Positions 62,484 through 64,000 of a stretch of 64,000 nucleotides of DNA are shown here, in pieces. The stretch lies in NCBI GenBank assembly GCA_036785375.1, contig JAWMAR010000024.1:5766001-5830000 (forward strand). The letters run 5' to 3'. The translations under genes were made by a program, and so were the position numbers. Source of the DNA: Leucoraja ocellata. Lineage: Eukaryota. Within the stretch, counting starts at the first letter, position 1. Each line of letters starts with the position of its first letter. The notes under the pieces are model-generated. The model was not told where the DNA came from. It did not search any database and saw only the letters and a program-made list of their open reading frames with translations.

Positions 62484-64000
62484 AGCAGAGGCACTGATGT
62501 GATTTCTAGGCAGGTGTGTCAATGTGGTTGGACTAGGATAAATTGTTCATGATGCTTGCACCTAGAAACTTGCCGCACTCTACCATATTCATTTCAGCAA
62601 CATTGATACAGACAGCATTGATACACCCGGTTTCCTGAAGTTGATGACCAGCTCCTTGTTCTGCTGATGTTGAGGGAGAGGTTGTCGTCCTGATATCATG
62701 CCACTAAGCCCTCCATCTCCTTCCTGTTCTCTTCTCGTCATTCTTTGATATCCTGCCCACTATGGTGGTGTCAACTGCAAACATGTAAACAGAGTGCAAA
62801 TAGAATTTGACCACATAGTCGCGAATGTGTAGGGAGTACAGTAAGGGGAATGCCATTTGCAGAGCCCGTGTATTGAGAATTATCATGGACAATGTTTGTT
62901 GCCTTTCCTTACTGATTGTGGTCTGCAGGAAGTCAAGGATCCAGTTGCAACGTTGGGTGCTGAGTTCTCTGTCCTGGAGATTGGAGATGAGTGGTTAGAA
63001 TTATGGTGTTGCAGGTGCAGATATAGTCAATAAATAGGAGTCTGATGTGAGTGGCTTTGCTATCCAGATCTCCCAGGGATGAGTGTAAGGCTCCGGAGAT
63101 GACATCTGCTGTAGACCTGTTTCAATAGAATAAGGCACTGGGAGGCTTGCATTAATGTGCGCCATGACCAGCCTTTCAAAGCACTACATGATGGTAGATG
63201 TTGGAGTCCCCAGGCACCCTTCTTTGACTTTATCGTTGACAAACGGACGATAGTGGTCTTTTTCAAGCATTTGGGAATCTTAGATTGGAATATGGAAATG
63301 TTAAGAATATCTGTGAACTCATGCTAGTTTGCCCACATGCTTGCTGAAGACATAGTCAGGGCCAGTTGCTTTCTGCGGGTTAACTGTCTGAAAGACTGAT
63401 GTGACATCCAACACTAATCATGGCTGCAGGTACATCCAAGGTTATCGGAGCAGATTATGTTATTTCACTGAATTCCCTGTTCGAAATGAGAATGGAATGC
63501 ATTGAGTAAATCATGGAAGGATGAGCTGCAGCCAATAATTCTACCTGCCTTTACTTTATAGTCCATTGTAGATTCAAGCTTTGCCACAGTTGAGCATGTG
63601 TTTGTGATATTAGTCTGGGACCCATGGTTGGATCGGTATTGTCTCTTGATGTCCCATATGACTTTGTGAAGGTCATATCTAGAATTCCTGTATAGGTCAG
63701 CATCTCCCAACCTTACAGCTGGACTTCATGAGGGAATGGATCTCCTGGATTGTCCATGGTTTCCAGTTTGGGCGACACTCAGATTGATGTCTTTGTCTTG
63801 CGGTGCACTGCACACTAATTTGTGATGGCAGTGGTGTACTCATCTTGGTTTGCTGCCGTTTCCTTGAATGTGAACCAGCCTACCAACTATAAGCAGTCAC
63901 ATGTGATCTCATGTTTTTTCTCAGGCTGGCACTATACAACTTTCTGTGCTGGTTCCCTACTCTTCAGTATCTGCCTCTAAGCATGGAGAAGCACAAGCTG

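Larger units (their letters stand above)
61540..64000 (-). mobile_element. Decayed Rex1/Babar LINE (RT region to 3' tail)
   Basis: ORF fragments FAVDTTIVGRISKNDE (degenerate FADD) and GDADLYRNSRYDLHKVI; tail tttattattgtcacatgtactgagacagtgaaa. Confidence 0.75.

Overview
Eukaryotic, intron-dominated window from a cartilaginous fish, most likely a skate or ray. The basis is its repeat content: HE1-type V-SINEs, HER1/CR1 LINEs with ATAGAAAC tails and Penelope pseudo-LTRs. One protein-coding gene is visible on the + strand: six GT-AG, phase-consistent exons (7765-8007, 11004-11163, 15283-15445, 26715-26920, 31644-31737, 39354-39520) encoding the N-terminal doublecortin-domain region of DCDC1. I could not find its start exon or the next downstream exon. 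The rest is intron filled with CR1/HER1, Rex1/Babar and Penelope fragments, V-, CORE- and Deu-SINEs, Harbinger-type and mariner-like MITEs, candidate conserved non-coding elements and a 204-N gap. The most striking signal is a ~135-nt retroposon present twice (44100-44232 and 62349-62483, both antisense). In both copies the 5' end is exactly G1 of a minimal 53-54-nt HDV/CPEB3-like ribozyme fold, followed by a hairpin, a (GAA)n tail and target-site duplications. A second ribozyme class, minimal type I hammerhead cores, sits in the Penelope pseudo-LTRs. Repeat boundaries are approximate and family names come from motif recognition, not database searches.
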